From the IMG/VR virus record IMGVR_UViG_3300031951_000008: DNA of 64,000 nt; one strand, 5' to 3'. Both the position numbers and the translations under genes were made by a program. Below are positions 29,339 through 38,947 of the stretch, piece by piece. The notes below the pieces were generated by a model. That model ran no database searches and was not told the origin of the DNA. It worked only from the letters and a program-made list of their open reading frames with translations. The stretch is from a virus (taxonomy: Duplodnaviria > Caudoviricetes). How positions within the stretch are numbered: the stretch's first letter is position 1; every line of letters starts with the position of its first letter.

Positions 29339-31033
29339 ATGCGAACTATATTATTAATCATTTTACTGGCAAGTACCTGTATAGGGCAAGATAGATTCTC
29401 ATTGGTTAATGGTGCTGTTACGCCAAAGGCCATCGATTTTAATTTATCCGATTACCAAGCATTCGTAAAAGATGTAAAGACAGCTCCTACGCCTACTAAC
29501 GCTATAGATCTAGCTATAAGCGATCTAGCTACTGTCGATGAGTTCCAAAGACCTTTCTTAAGATATGTGTGGGTACCAGATGGCGACATGGCTAAGGTCG
29601 GACAGGTATCCTTTGCTGTTAATACTGCTATATCGCATTCGAGCAATATCGTTATACCAAGCGTGGTTCAAGGTGGTAAGCTAGTTAGATGGGATCTGCG
29701 ATTATTAGCTCCTATAACAAGTGACTTGACAAGGTTGATTACTCTATGGGAAAAGCTAGCCGACGAGCCGTACTTTCACGTTAAACCAGCGTTACCTTTA
29801 AATGCCGTAGTAATCGCATCCGCTACTGGCGACCCAACAGGATCTAAGAGGTTTAGAATAGGCGATCAGCTATTTTTCCAAGCGGTAACTGGTGATATAT
29901 TCCTATTTTATAACAACGCCTGGAAAAAGCAAGATATACCAGCATTTGGTAGCCACACCAATTTACAATCAGCAGTGATATTGCAAGGCCTCACGCAATC
30001 AAATGCCCCTATTGTGAGATACGATTGGTTTATCGTAAAGATTTTGTCTGCTGTAGATGGTGGCTTGTATTATGATTTTATCAATGTAGAAAGAAATCCG
30101 AGGGGTAAATCTGCACAAGATGCATGGCTAGAAAGTTTAGGAGTGTCGGAGAAAGCGATTCAGAGCCTGAAATCCGACCAAAGGTCAGCTATCTTTAGGT
30201 CCAACGTTACCGGAAGACCCAGACGAATAGATTTATTTCAAGGCTCTTACGTTAGACCTTCTGCTGGCAGTGGCCTTATAACTATAACCCACGACATTGG
30301 AGAGGGTGATCTAGGGACTGATAAAGATCCAATAAGAAATTTATTAGATTTTAAAGACAAGGCGAGAGAGGTTATAGCCGAAAGACCAAACGGTTTGCAC
30401 ATCTTTCTCTTATTTGACGGCAATGGTGGCCTGCAAAATTCTGCACCAGATGATATCGTTAGAGATCATACCATTCCGTCCCCTCATCCCGCCAGAGTTC
30501 AACCTGCTATTGGGTGTATTCGTTGCCACGGTCCTTTCGAGGGGGTACAACCATTTGCAAATGATGTTCAGACAATGCTCAAGAGCCGTTTAGACATATT
30601 CGGCGATCTATCTAGCAAGCAATCAACACCGGACGTGCTTGATAGGCTAGCCGGGCTGTATACCGGAGACTTTCAAAAGCCTATAAGAAGGATGAGAGAT
30701 GATTACTCCGATGCAGGGTTTATGGCATCTGGTGGCCAAAGCATTCCTGTCGTTTCTGCCGGTATATCGAAAATATATGGTGAGTATTTTTACGATACTG
30801 TAAGTGCTGAAAAAGCTTGTGCTGAATTAGGTTTTATAGTACCCAAAAGCAAATCTGTAGACTATTTAAAGATATTATTGCCCCCATTGCCACGGGACAT
30901 AACTGGCATTATTCCTGAAGACCCTATAATTGGTGCGTTGAAGTCAGGCTTAGCGGTAAATAGATTCCAGTGGGAACTGGTCTATGGTGACGCTGCATTT
31001 CGCGTGCAACAATCATTACGGTCGAAGAAATAG
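29339..31033 (+). CDS. Secreted protein with a CxxCH heme-binding motif (planctomycete-style)
   Basis: Signal-peptide-like MRTILLIILLASTCIG; ERPNGLHIFLLFDGNG..AP.DIV.D..GCIRCHG with Cys at residue 393. Confidence 0.7.
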   Translation: MRTILLIILLASTCIGQDRFSLVNGAVTPKAIDFNLSDYQAFVKDVKTAPTPTNAIDLAISDLATVDEFQRPFLRYVWVPDGDMAKVGQVSFAVNTAISHSSNIVIPSVVQGGKLVRWDLRLLAPITSDLTRLITLWEKLADEPYFHVKPALPLNAVVIASATGDPTGSKRFRIGDQLFFQAVTGDIFLFYNNAWKKQDIPAFGSHTNLQSAVILQGLTQSNAPIVRYDWFIVKILSAVDGGLYYDFINVERNPRGKSAQDAWLESLGVSEKAIQSLKSDQRSAIFRSNVTGRPRRIDLFQGSYVRPSAGSGLITITHDIGEGDLGTDKDPIRNLLDFKDKAREVIAERPNGLHIFLLFDGNGGLQNSAPDDIVRDHTIPSPHPARVQPAIGCIRCHGPFEGVQPFANDVQTMLKSRLDIFGDLSSKQSTPDVLDRLAGLYTGDFQKPIRRMRDDYSDAGFMASGGQSIPVVSAGISKIYGEYFYDTVSAEKACAELGFIVPKSKSVDYLKILLPPLPRDITGIIPEDPIIGALKSGLAVNRFQWELVYGDAAFRVQQSLRSKK

Positions 31034-31054
31034 AGGCTGATAAGGAGCTTAAAA

Positions 31055-31933
31055 ATGGTTAGAGTGTTAGGTATTTTAATCGTTATTATGTTTACTACTT
31101 CCGCTGACGCGCAATTGCTGCGATCGAGATCACGGGTAGTTGTTCAACAACCAGTATGTGCTAATGGTGTTTGCAATGTGCAAGCAGCACCTGTAATCCA
31201 AGCAACACCTGTAATTCAAGCAGCACCGGTAATCCAAGCACCGGTTAACCATTTCCAGCAGCCAATCATCCAAAGCCAAGTGGTCGGAGTACCTGTCCCG
31301 GTTCAGTATACCCAGCCTCTAGTAGCACAAGGCAACACCGTATATGGCTACCACGCATTGTCACAATTCCAGAATCAAGTAGACATGGGTCTACTTTATA
31401 ATCAAGCGGCGAGGTTAACAGATCAAGCACAACAATTAGCTGGTCAGGCTGCTACTGACTTTCAAAATATCGTGCAAAATGAGGGTCAAAACCGCTTAGA
31501 GATAGCTAAGATCATTGCACAGGGTCAGGCTGCTAAAGAGGCTTTGCTAGCAGCCAAAGGTCCTGAGACAATTGTTCAAAAGCGTGAATTCAGTTTTAAG
31601 ATCACTCAGCAATCGGACGGTCAGTTTAAGATAGAGCAAACGGATATGAGTCCTGACTTTGGCCTGATTAGCGGTAAACAGTCTGCTAATAATGTGGCTA
31701 GCGTATCAAATTTGTTATCTCAGAAGTGCGTTGCTTGTCATAATGACAGTAATTCAATGGGCGGGTTAAACTTGTTGAAGCCTATAACGGAGCAGCAACA
31801 ACAGTCTATCATCAACCGTGTCGTAACAGATGATGAGTCAATTAGAATGCCCAGATTGAAGTCTGGCGCACCCGCCCCTAAGCTGTCCAAAGAAGAAATA
31901 GCCTTGCTATATCAGGCTTTCAAAGCTCAGTAA
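31055..31933 (+). CDS. Secreted protein with C-terminal planctomycete-type cytochrome c domain
   Basis: Signal peptide, Q/A/P/V linker, KCVACH..GGLNL..RMP..LSKEEIALL. Confidence 0.75.
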   Translation: MVRVLGILIVIMFTTSADAQLLRSRSRVVVQQPVCANGVCNVQAAPVIQATPVIQAAPVIQAPVNHFQQPIIQSQVVGVPVPVQYTQPLVAQGNTVYGYHALSQFQNQVDMGLLYNQAARLTDQAQQLAGQAATDFQNIVQNEGQNRLEIAKIIAQGQAAKEALLAAKGPETIVQKREFSFKITQQSDGQFKIEQTDMSPDFGLISGKQSANNVASVSNLLSQKCVACHNDSNSMGGLNLLKPITEQQQQSIINRVVTDDESIRMPRLKSGAPAPKLSKEEIALLYQAFKAQ

Positions 31934-32226
31934 AAATACTTAACAGTCTTAGATTTTAGATGGTGGGTACAGTCTGGGAGGTACTCAATACTACCTTTCG
32001 TGATATAAAAGTGACATATGCTACTACCGGTCACTATTCTCACGTTAGTCATAAATGTGGGACAACTGTCAGTCCCATAGTTTGCGTTAGCATCTGGTAT
32101 TTTATGTTCTTGGCAGCACGCGGGGCAAATAAAGGCACTGTGGCCATCATTCTTAGTTAGACGATGTGAGCCCGCTGGCCCGATATATTTGCCCCTGCCA
32201 TGGACATTAATCTTAATATCTATCAT
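31927..32226 (-). CDS. DUF6527-like small Cys/His protein
   Basis: CPAC..H..PTF..CHFYITKGSIEYLPDCTHHL. Confidence 0.65.
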   Translation of the reverse strand: MIDIKINVHGRGKYIGPAGSHRLTKNDGHSAFICPACCQEHKIPDANANYGTDSCPTFMTNVRIVTGSSICHFYITKGSIEYLPDCTHHLKSKTVKYFY

Positions 32227-32642
32227 TGTGGCATCGTAGCGGTAAGGCTTAGGATGTTCACCGTGCCGCCCTTAACAAAGTCAATGAAGTCAAATTCTAA
32301 GTCTCCTCCGCCGCCGGTAGCCGTAATGCTGCCGTCCATCACAGCACCGCTGTCACGGTTATAAATTCTAAACCATGATGCCTGCCCAGTATTATCGATA
32401 TTGGTATCAGATGAGATTGTATTGGCTGTGGTTGTGCCATTATTGACGGGACCGAAGGCTGGGTTAGAGAAAGATAATGTCGCTAGCAGTAAACCATCAG
32501 TTGGTGCGGCTTGCGGTGATGGTGGTTTAGTGCCACTCCTAATCTGCAGATAACCATTGGGTAGTGTAGTCCCTTGGTCGATCAGACTTATGATACTTGT
32601 ACAAGCGATATTGCGAGCTACCAACGATATGTTAACTGTCAT
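32223..32642 (-). CDS. Putative virion structural protein
   Basis: LQIRSGTKP..LLATL..TGQASWFRIY..MDGSITATGGGGDL, a common phage structural pattern. Confidence 0.65.
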   Translation of the reverse strand: MTVNISLVARNIACTSIISLIDQGTTLPNGYLQIRSGTKPPSPQAAPTDGLLLATLSFSNPAFGPVNNGTTTANTISSDTNIDNTGQASWFRIYNRDSGAVMDGSITATGGGGDLEFDFIDFVKGGTVNILSLTATMPQ

Positions 32643-32646
32643 TTTA

Positions 32647-35208
32647 TTACCTTTTTGTGACTAATTTCTTTTTGTGATCATTGGTAAAGAAACTAGGCCT
32701 AGTACGAGGTGGTGATTTAACTTCGACCGGATTATCCCTGGGTTTAACTAAATCCTTGACTATAGCTGGCTTTCGTAATGTTTTAGCTTCTATAGTCTTG
32801 ACTGAGCTTTGTATTACAGCCTTTTCTGTATTTTTCCGCTGCGGCCTAGCTGTATTTACATGAAATTGCGATTTTGGCTGAAATAGTGGTTGTGGCTCTA
32901 ATTTAGTCTCTACTTTAATTTGTTCTTTAATTGGCTTAGCTGTTTGTATATCTTTGGTAATTATGCTTTCGACTTCTTTTTTAGGTAATGGCTTTATGTT
33001 ACCAGCATCATCATTAGCAATAATTATTATACTTGGCTTTATATTAAAATTTATTAGCGTTTCTGGTAAAATCGCAGTGTCTTTAACCTCAACCGCTGGT
33101 AATTGCTCCTTTAACAGAGCACTTGGTACGGGCACTGTAAATTCATTAGTGCTCGTGATTACTACTGGAATGCCTGAGCCACAATCTTGGTTATTGGCAC
33201 AGCAATCACTTAATCCGGCACTCAAATCGACAATACCATAGCCGTAGAGATCTTTTAATATTCTCCTATTTATATTGCATGTATTAGGCTGCTGAACCTT
33301 CGGCGGAGTGTAAGACCCTTTGCTATTAACCTTTAGTTTAGGTAATACCAAGATAGCCTTGGTGGCTACTCTTGGGTTTAGTACCGATCCTATCCCTGTT
33401 AATAAAAACTTTTTAAATCGAATAACAGATTGTCCAGTATAAGCTGCGAATAGTAGAGCATCTGTATTACTGAATAGGTTTAAGTATGAAGCTAATTTTG
33501 AATTGGTGGTAGTATTTTTAGAGCTTCTGCCTCGCAATAATGCGTTGGTACTATTACTGACGGATTTTTGCCCACTTAGCAATGCGTCAGATGTGTGATT
33601 GACCTCAACTAAGCCAATCTGCAACCTCGTGTCCGTATTATGCTCAGATAGTCGATTGCTTAATATCCAAGCATCTGTGGTAAAATAATTGTCGTTAGCC
33701 TTAATTAGCACTGAATCCGTAGTGCTTATGGTTGTGCGGGTTGTTAATAATCTCGTATCAGTATAGCTTTCTACACTGCCACTACCCATGATAAGGGCAT
33801 CTGTATGGTTGGCTCTAGTTAGCGAAGCCAGCAGCAATGTGTTTGTATAATGAACTGTTCCCGTAGCACTAAGTAAAGAAGACTCGGTTGTATGAGAAGC
33901 GAAAGCTAATGATATAAGTAATGATTGTGTCGATTGAACCAGATCAATCAACAAATAAATTCTGCCGCTAGTTGTCTGTGTCCTGGTATTACTGCTCTTC
34001 AGTAACGCATTAGTTGTCTGTGTCCTGGTATTACTGCTCTTCAGTAACGCATTAGTTGTCTGTGTCCTGGTATTACTGCTCTTCAGTAACGCATTAGTAG
34101 CATGCGTCCTTACGTTACTGCTCTTGAGGAGTGCGTTTGTAGTCTGTGTCCTTACGTTACTGCTCTTCAGGAGAGCATCAGTAGTATGCGTCCTGATATT
34201 ACTGCTCTTCAGGAGAGCATCAGCGGTCTGCGTCCTTACATTACTGCTCTTCAGGAGTACATCAGTCGTATGCGTACGATTATTACTGCTCTTCAGAAAC
34301 GCGGCAGTAGTCTGCGTACGGGCATTGCTACTCTTTAACAGGGCATTGGAATAGTGTAGTGCTACATTCAAGCCAGACAAGAGTGTGTTAGCTGTGTGCG
34401 TCCTGGTATTGCTGCTCTTCAGTAACGTATCAGCAGTCTGCGTCCTGGTATTGCTGCTCTTCAGTAACGTATCAGCAGTCTGCGTCCTTACATTACTGCT
34501 CTTAAAGAGTGCATCAGTTATATGCGTGCGTATATTACTGCTCTTCAGTAAAGCATTAATGGTCTGGGTCCGAGTATTATTGCTCTTCAGCAATGCGTCA
34601 GTAGCATGAGCCTTCGTGCTTACACTATTAAGCCTACTATCGGTGGTAAAGGATTTGGTATAGGTGCCTTTTAAAAGTACATCTGATGAACTATATAATA
34701 TAGTCGTACTGCTTAATCTACTATTGGTCGTAGAAATCTGCGTCGATGTTGCCTTAATTAAAGAATCGACTGTCTGCGACCTTGTATAGTTAGCCTTGAG
34801 TAAGACATCTGTTAGATGCGATCTCGTAAAGCCGCCCTTAACCAAAGAATCAGTCGCCTGGAGTTTACTATAATTAGCCTGTAAAAGTGAATTAGTACTA
34901 TTGCTAGTTACATATACTATTTTACTAGCCAACAATGCATCAACGGTTTGCTGTTTTGAGTAACTGGCTTTGAGAAGTGTATCTGTGTTGCTAGTATTAG
35001 TATATGTTACCGTACCACCGCTTAGTAAAGAATCAGTGCTATGAGTTAATAGGTTATTGCTCTTCAGTAAAGAGCTGGTATATGAAGATATATTGTAATT
35101 TGAGCTACCGCCTAATAGGGCATCGGTCGTATGCGATATGGAAAGGATCTGCAGTGGCAATAGACCTAAATTAGTCTGTGCCCCATCGAAAAATCTACGA
35201 CTACTCAT
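32647..35208 (-). CDS. Repeat-rich fibre/solenoid-like protein (14-aa repeats) with basic C-terminal tail
   Basis: About 15 core TTDALLKSSNxRTQ/H units plus degenerate flanking units. Confidence 0.75.
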   Translation of the reverse strand: MSSRRFFDGAQTNLGLLPLQILSISHTTDALLGGSSNYNISSYTSSLLKSNNLLTHSTDSLLSGGTVTYTNTSNTDTLLKASYSKQQTVDALLASKIVYVTSNSTNSLLQANYSKLQATDSLVKGGFTRSHLTDVLLKANYTRSQTVDSLIKATSTQISTTNSRLSSTTILYSSSDVLLKGTYTKSFTTDSRLNSVSTKAHATDALLKSNNTRTQTINALLKSSNIRTHITDALFKSSNVRTQTADTLLKSSNTRTQTADTLLKSSNTRTHTANTLLSGLNVALHYSNALLKSSNARTQTTAAFLKSSNNRTHTTDVLLKSSNVRTQTADALLKSSNIRTHTTDALLKSSNVRTQTTNALLKSSNVRTHATNALLKSSNTRTQTTNALLKSSNTRTQTTNALLKSSNTRTQTTSGRIYLLIDLVQSTQSLLISLAFASHTTESSLLSATGTVHYTNTLLLASLTRANHTDALIMGSGSVESYTDTRLLTTRTTISTTDSVLIKANDNYFTTDAWILSNRLSEHNTDTRLQIGLVEVNHTSDALLSGQKSVSNSTNALLRGRSSKNTTTNSKLASYLNLFSNTDALLFAAYTGQSVIRFKKFLLTGIGSVLNPRVATKAILVLPKLKVNSKGSYTPPKVQQPNTCNINRRILKDLYGYGIVDLSAGLSDCCANNQDCGSGIPVVITSTNEFTVPVPSALLKEQLPAVEVKDTAILPETLINFNIKPSIIIIANDDAGNIKPLPKKEVESIITKDIQTAKPIKEQIKVETKLEPQPLFQPKSQFHVNTARPQRKNTEKAVIQSSVKTIEAKTLRKPAIVKDLVKPRDNPVEVKSPPRTRPSFFTNDHKKKLVTKR
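33961..34620 (-). repeat. 42-bp coding tandem repeat
   Basis: Three identical 42-mers at 33971-34096, diverged copies extend to about 34620. Confidence 0.9.
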
Positions 35209-35219
35209 CTAATCGCCCT

Positions 35220-35486
35220 TTAGTTAGAGGCTTTTTTCCAGTGAGCAGCTCGATTGCCATTAGCGTCTGTAACGATTATTTTACGATATAACGCATTAGT
35301 AATTGCGTTATAATAATATTCATGCCTATGTGTATTGGGATCTGGTGGAAAGGCTGTTGGTTCCAAAATATTTCCACCTAGTCTTTCAACCATGCGGATG
35401 TTGTTAAACCCTACGGACTTCGGTTGTCGCTTTTGCTTTAGGTCGTTTAAAAATTCGTTTGTTACTGCTAAGCTATTTTCTGCCAT
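35220..35486 (-). CDS. Hypothetical protein
   Basis: 88-aa ORF upstream of the repeat protein. Confidence 0.6.
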   Translation of the reverse strand: MAENSLAVTNEFLNDLKQKRQPKSVGFNNIRMVERLGGNILEPTAFPPDPNTHRHEYYYNAITNALYRKIIVTDANGNRAAHWKKASN

Positions 35487-35654
35487 GATTACTCGTAGTA
35501 CTCGCTTTGGTAATTAGAATACGTTTTATGTATCTTTGTGCCTGGCCGATAGATATTGTTAATAATTAATTGGTGCTTTATTCGCGATGTCTAAGCTCTT
35601 GCCACATGATAGCATAATTTTCGATCTTCGTTTCTCTTAGCATGAGGTATAATA

Positions 35655-36161
35655 ATGCATAAGAAACCTTCTACTTTCAATGTAGTCCCACCATTTTCTG
35701 GAGTCATTGTTGCCCAACTCAATTGTAACATGGCATCAGATCTAGTTCATTTCTTCAAAGAGCAGTTCGGTAGCGCACCAGAAGTGCTACGAAAAAATCT
35801 CTCACAAGATCCTGAGCTAGCCAGCCTAATTTGTCATCTTGATGATCCAAATTACGAAGATGAACAATGGGAACCATCGCAAAACTCAGCCACTTTCGAG
35901 ATCATTGAAGCCTTTAATGACGTTATTCTGATCACAATGGATTCAGCGATGCGGGATATGCTTATTAATTATATCTCGGACTACGAAGGCGAAGTACAAA
36001 AGACCATTTGGGCTTTTCGGCTAGCACTGGAGAATCCAGTCGGCAAAATCCAAGCACGCCGTGATAATACTTCTCGCCGTCCTCAAAGGGACCAGGGGAG
36101 AGATCAAGGTAGAGATTATCGAGACCGTGATTATCAAAGCCGTTCTCGTCGCTACGGCTGA
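35655..36161 (+). CDS. Hypothetical protein with R/D/Q low-complexity tail
   Basis: GAGG SD; RDQGRDQGRDYRDRDY. Confidence 0.7.
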   Translation: MHKKPSTFNVVPPFSGVIVAQLNCNMASDLVHFFKEQFGSAPEVLRKNLSQDPELASLICHLDDPNYEDEQWEPSQNSATFEIIEAFNDVILITMDSAMRDMLINYISDYEGEVQKTIWAFRLALENPVGKIQARRDNTSRRPQRDQGRDQGRDYRDRDYQSRSRRYG

Positions 36162-36187
36162 GCTACAGCACATTTGTAAGGAGTACA

Positions 36188-37087
36188 ATGACCAAACCCA
36201 GCAAGCCGAGCAAGTATGAGTGGTCTATCGATAAGCCTATCGTTTATCACTATGACGAGTCTTTCGCCACGGATGGTAAGTCAATTTTGGCTTACGATCC
36301 GGCGAATGACATGTCTGCTTATAAAAAAGAGACTAAATTCATAAGAACCAATGATGACTCTATCTCGGCAATGTTCTCTGAGCTACGGAATGTAAAAGTC
36401 CTAACCAAACAGGCTATGTTCAAGATGTTTAAGAGATATAATTATCTTAAGCACTTGGCCGAGCAACAACGACAGGCATTCCAAGCTACTACCTTGGCTC
36501 AATTCGATTTCGAAGCTTTTCAAAAATACAATCACTACCAGCAAGAATGCCATCAAGTAAAAAACTTATTGCTTGAATCTAACCTAAAGCTGGTACTTCA
36601 TGTTCTTAAGAATCTCTCCTACAGAGGCAATCTCACACTTAATGAATTATATAGTTTAGGTGTTGAAAGACTTTTTATAGTAATAGAAGGGTTTAATCCT
36701 TTTTACAATTTTGCCTTTTCTACGTATGCTTTCCACGCTTTACGCAGACACTTTTATACACAAATTAAGAGGAACAAAGACAAAGTCTTGTTTGAAGACA
36801 GCAAGGCACTTGATACAGCCAAATCATATGACACCCATCAAAATGAATTTGACAAGCAAAAGATTATACACACTGTACTGCAAACCGTCGAGTGCCTAGA
36901 TGAACGAGACAAGTTCATAATCCAAAATAGATTTTTTGAGCAAAAAACATTGAAAGAGCTTGGAGAACGATTAGGCATTACGAAGGAAAGAGTCAGACAA
37001 ATCGAGATCAGGTCTTTACGTATTCTTAGAGAAACATTGTTAGCTCGTAACTTCGACACTAATTTATTGGGACTCATTGATGAATAG
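36188..37087 (+). CDS. Sigma-70 family RNA polymerase sigma factor
   Basis: Region 2 LLESNLKLV..F.P..NFAFSTYA; region 4 TLKELGERLGITKERVRQIE; AAGGAG SD. Confidence 0.9.
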   Translation: MTKPSKPSKYEWSIDKPIVYHYDESFATDGKSILAYDPANDMSAYKKETKFIRTNDDSISAMFSELRNVKVLTKQAMFKMFKRYNYLKHLAEQQRQAFQATTLAQFDFEAFQKYNHYQQECHQVKNLLLESNLKLVLHVLKNLSYRGNLTLNELYSLGVERLFIVIEGFNPFYNFAFSTYAFHALRRHFYTQIKRNKDKVLFEDSKALDTAKSYDTHQNEFDKQKIIHTVLQTVECLDERDKFIIQNRFFEQKTLKELGERLGITKERVRQIEIRSLRILRETLLARNFDTNLLGLIDE

Positions 37088-37460
37088 CTTTATAATTAGC
37101 CTAATATTCTTGACAACTGCTCTAGCACAAGACATACCAAGGCTAGATGGTGAACTACAACCTGTGTTCTTAGTCATCTGTGATAGTTCACCTAGTAAGA
37201 TAATTGTACTAGACGACACAGGCAAATGGCTACATAGAGTAAGAGATACTGAGATAAAGATCGATGGCAGCACACCTATCATTAAGTGTACGCTTTATGA
37301 AGGCCATTATCGGCCTACGAGTCCTGAAATTAAGGTATGGCGGCTAAATCAAATCAAAACAGTATCCGAAACAGAATTCCAAAACATGATTAATAAATTA
37401 CAGTCTGATCCTGAGGCAGTCAAAAAGATCTTGATGCAACCAGTTCCTGCTGCCAATTAA
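37077..37460 (+). CDS. Putative secreted protein
   Basis: Signal-peptide-like MNSFIISLIFLTTALA. Confidence 0.65.
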   Translation: MMNSFIISLIFLTTALAQDIPRLDGELQPVFLVICDSSPSKIIVLDDTGKWLHRVRDTEIKIDGSTPIIKCTLYEGHYRPTSPEIKVWRLNQIKTVSETEFQNMINKLQSDPEAVKKILMQPVPAAN

Positions 37461-37554
37461 TAATTCAATTCCTACCCCCTGTTCTGACCTATAAAAATAA
37501 GATAGAGCTATAACATAGTTCTAACCAAGAGAAATGGGGGTGATTTATCTCCTT

Positions 37555-37590
37555 CGACCCTGGCCCTTACAGGCCAGGGTCGTTGTGTAT
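37555..37590 (+). terminator. GC-rich hairpin, probable terminator or attenuator
   Basis: CGACCCTGGCC-CTTACA-GGCCAGGGTCG (11-bp stem) followed by TTGTGTAT. Confidence 0.6.
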
Positions 37591-37600
37591 ATAACATATC

Positions 37601-38614
37601 ATGAATTTAGAGATAATAAAACAGCAACTAAATGTAGTCCAGATGCAATTAAATATGCTTGCATCTATGCTTGACAATTACCAGTCCGGCACAGATACGG
37701 GTCAGGAGGAACCCACCTTCTGGCAACCAAAAGAGCTTGATAAGCCTACTAATGCCGAAGCTCTAAAAAAGATAGTATCTGAACACAGACTACCCAAGAA
37801 CGCTAGGAGCCTTAACACAGATGCTATTGGAAGTATTCCAGATTTTAATAATAAAGATTGGCCAGAAGCGGTAGCAAACTATCTAATTATCAATGACCAT
37901 GAAAAAGGCAAGAAAAACCACAGAGGTCGGCAAATTATTGGACTTGTCAAGCCTCCAGTCGAGAGCAACATATTAGATTATGGCTGTGGAGAAGGTTACA
38001 CCACACAACATATAACACAACTAGGCGGTTACGCAGTCGGCTATGATTTATTGAGACACAAACAGTGGTCATCTTTCACTGAAAATCGAGAAAACCTCAC
38101 ATTTACTACAGATAAGAAAGATCTAGAACAGATCGTTGAACGCCGTGGGTATTTCGATTTTATAATAGTTTATGATGTGCTAGACCATATCGTCGGCAGT
38201 GATCCTATTGATGAATTGTTATTTATGCAAAAAATACTGGCCCCTAATGGCTACATTTTTATAAGAACACACCCTTGGACTTCAAGAACTGGTGGTCACT
38301 ATTATGAGTCTGTCAATAAGGCATTTCTACATCTGGCCATTACTGCTGACGAGGCTAAGCAATTAGGCATCAAGCAAGAACCTAATTTGAAGATAAACAA
38401 ACCTCTAGCCACGTATGAGTCCATGTTTGCAAAGGCTGGATATAAGATCTTGGAAAAGACCGTTGATACTGCACCTGTTGAGCGGTTTTTCATTGATAAT
38501 GAAGATCTGATGCGTCGAATTATCGATCTAACCTGGTCTGGCAATATCGACACCGATAAAGCTTTAAAGATTATGTCAACTAACAGTATTGACTTTCTAA
38601 TAACGAAAGCCTAG
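37601..38614 (+). CDS. Class I SAM-dependent methyltransferase with N-terminal extension
   Basis: ILDYGCGEG, VGYD, FDFIIVYDVLDH, LAPNGYIFI. Confidence 0.88.
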   Translation: MNLEIIKQQLNVVQMQLNMLASMLDNYQSGTDTGQEEPTFWQPKELDKPTNAEALKKIVSEHRLPKNARSLNTDAIGSIPDFNNKDWPEAVANYLIINDHEKGKKNHRGRQIIGLVKPPVESNILDYGCGEGYTTQHITQLGGYAVGYDLLRHKQWSSFTENRENLTFTTDKKDLEQIVERRGYFDFIIVYDVLDHIVGSDPIDELLFMQKILAPNGYIFIRTHPWTSRTGGHYYESVNKAFLHLAITADEAKQLGIKQEPNLKINKPLATYESMFAKAGYKILEKTVDTAPVERFFIDNEDLMRRIIDLTWSGNIDTDKALKIMSTNSIDFLITKA

Positions 38615-38901
38615 CAGTCCCAAGCAGACAAAGATTTGCATATATCCTTATCAGGAGTTTTACTGCAATCTATATTATGCATTTCTTTTTGACCGCCCAT
38701 CCTACTGCAAAAGGACTTTCTCCTCGCCGCTTTCTTCTTAGACTTCTTAGCAGCTTCTTTGCTTACTGGTGGCTTGAGATTAGCACCCTCTGTCCTCTTG
38801 AAGTAAGCACGCCCAGCGTCGTTTAATCCACCTTTTGGGCTTTGGTACTTTTTCGCAACGCCTTCGACAAGTTGGGCATAGGCTTCTGTGTACGCTTTCA
38901 T
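38611..38901 (-). CDS. DUF6321-like basic phage protein
   Basis: KGGLNDAGRAYFKRTEGANLKPPV..RRKSFCSRM. Confidence 0.65.
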   Translation of the reverse strand: MKAYTEAYAQLVEGVAKKYQSPKGGLNDAGRAYFKRTEGANLKPPVSKEAAKKSKKKAARRKSFCSRMGGQKEMHNIDCSKTPDKDICKSLSAWDC

Positions 38902-38947
38902 ATTATTCCTCTTCGTTATACGTAAGTTTGATTAGCAAATATATCTT

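Noticed and set aside
34102-34609. Short overlapping ORFs 34102-34338, 34124-34354 and 34385-34609
   Set aside because: Shadows of the repeat on the antisense strand of the real gene
33961-34620. Regular repeats as a possible CRISPR array
   Set aside because: Units are contiguous 42-mers without unique spacers and are in frame inside an 853-aa ORF
35648-35653. TATAAT before ORF 35655 as a -10 box
   Set aside because: It lies between the SD and the ATG and has no suitably spaced -35
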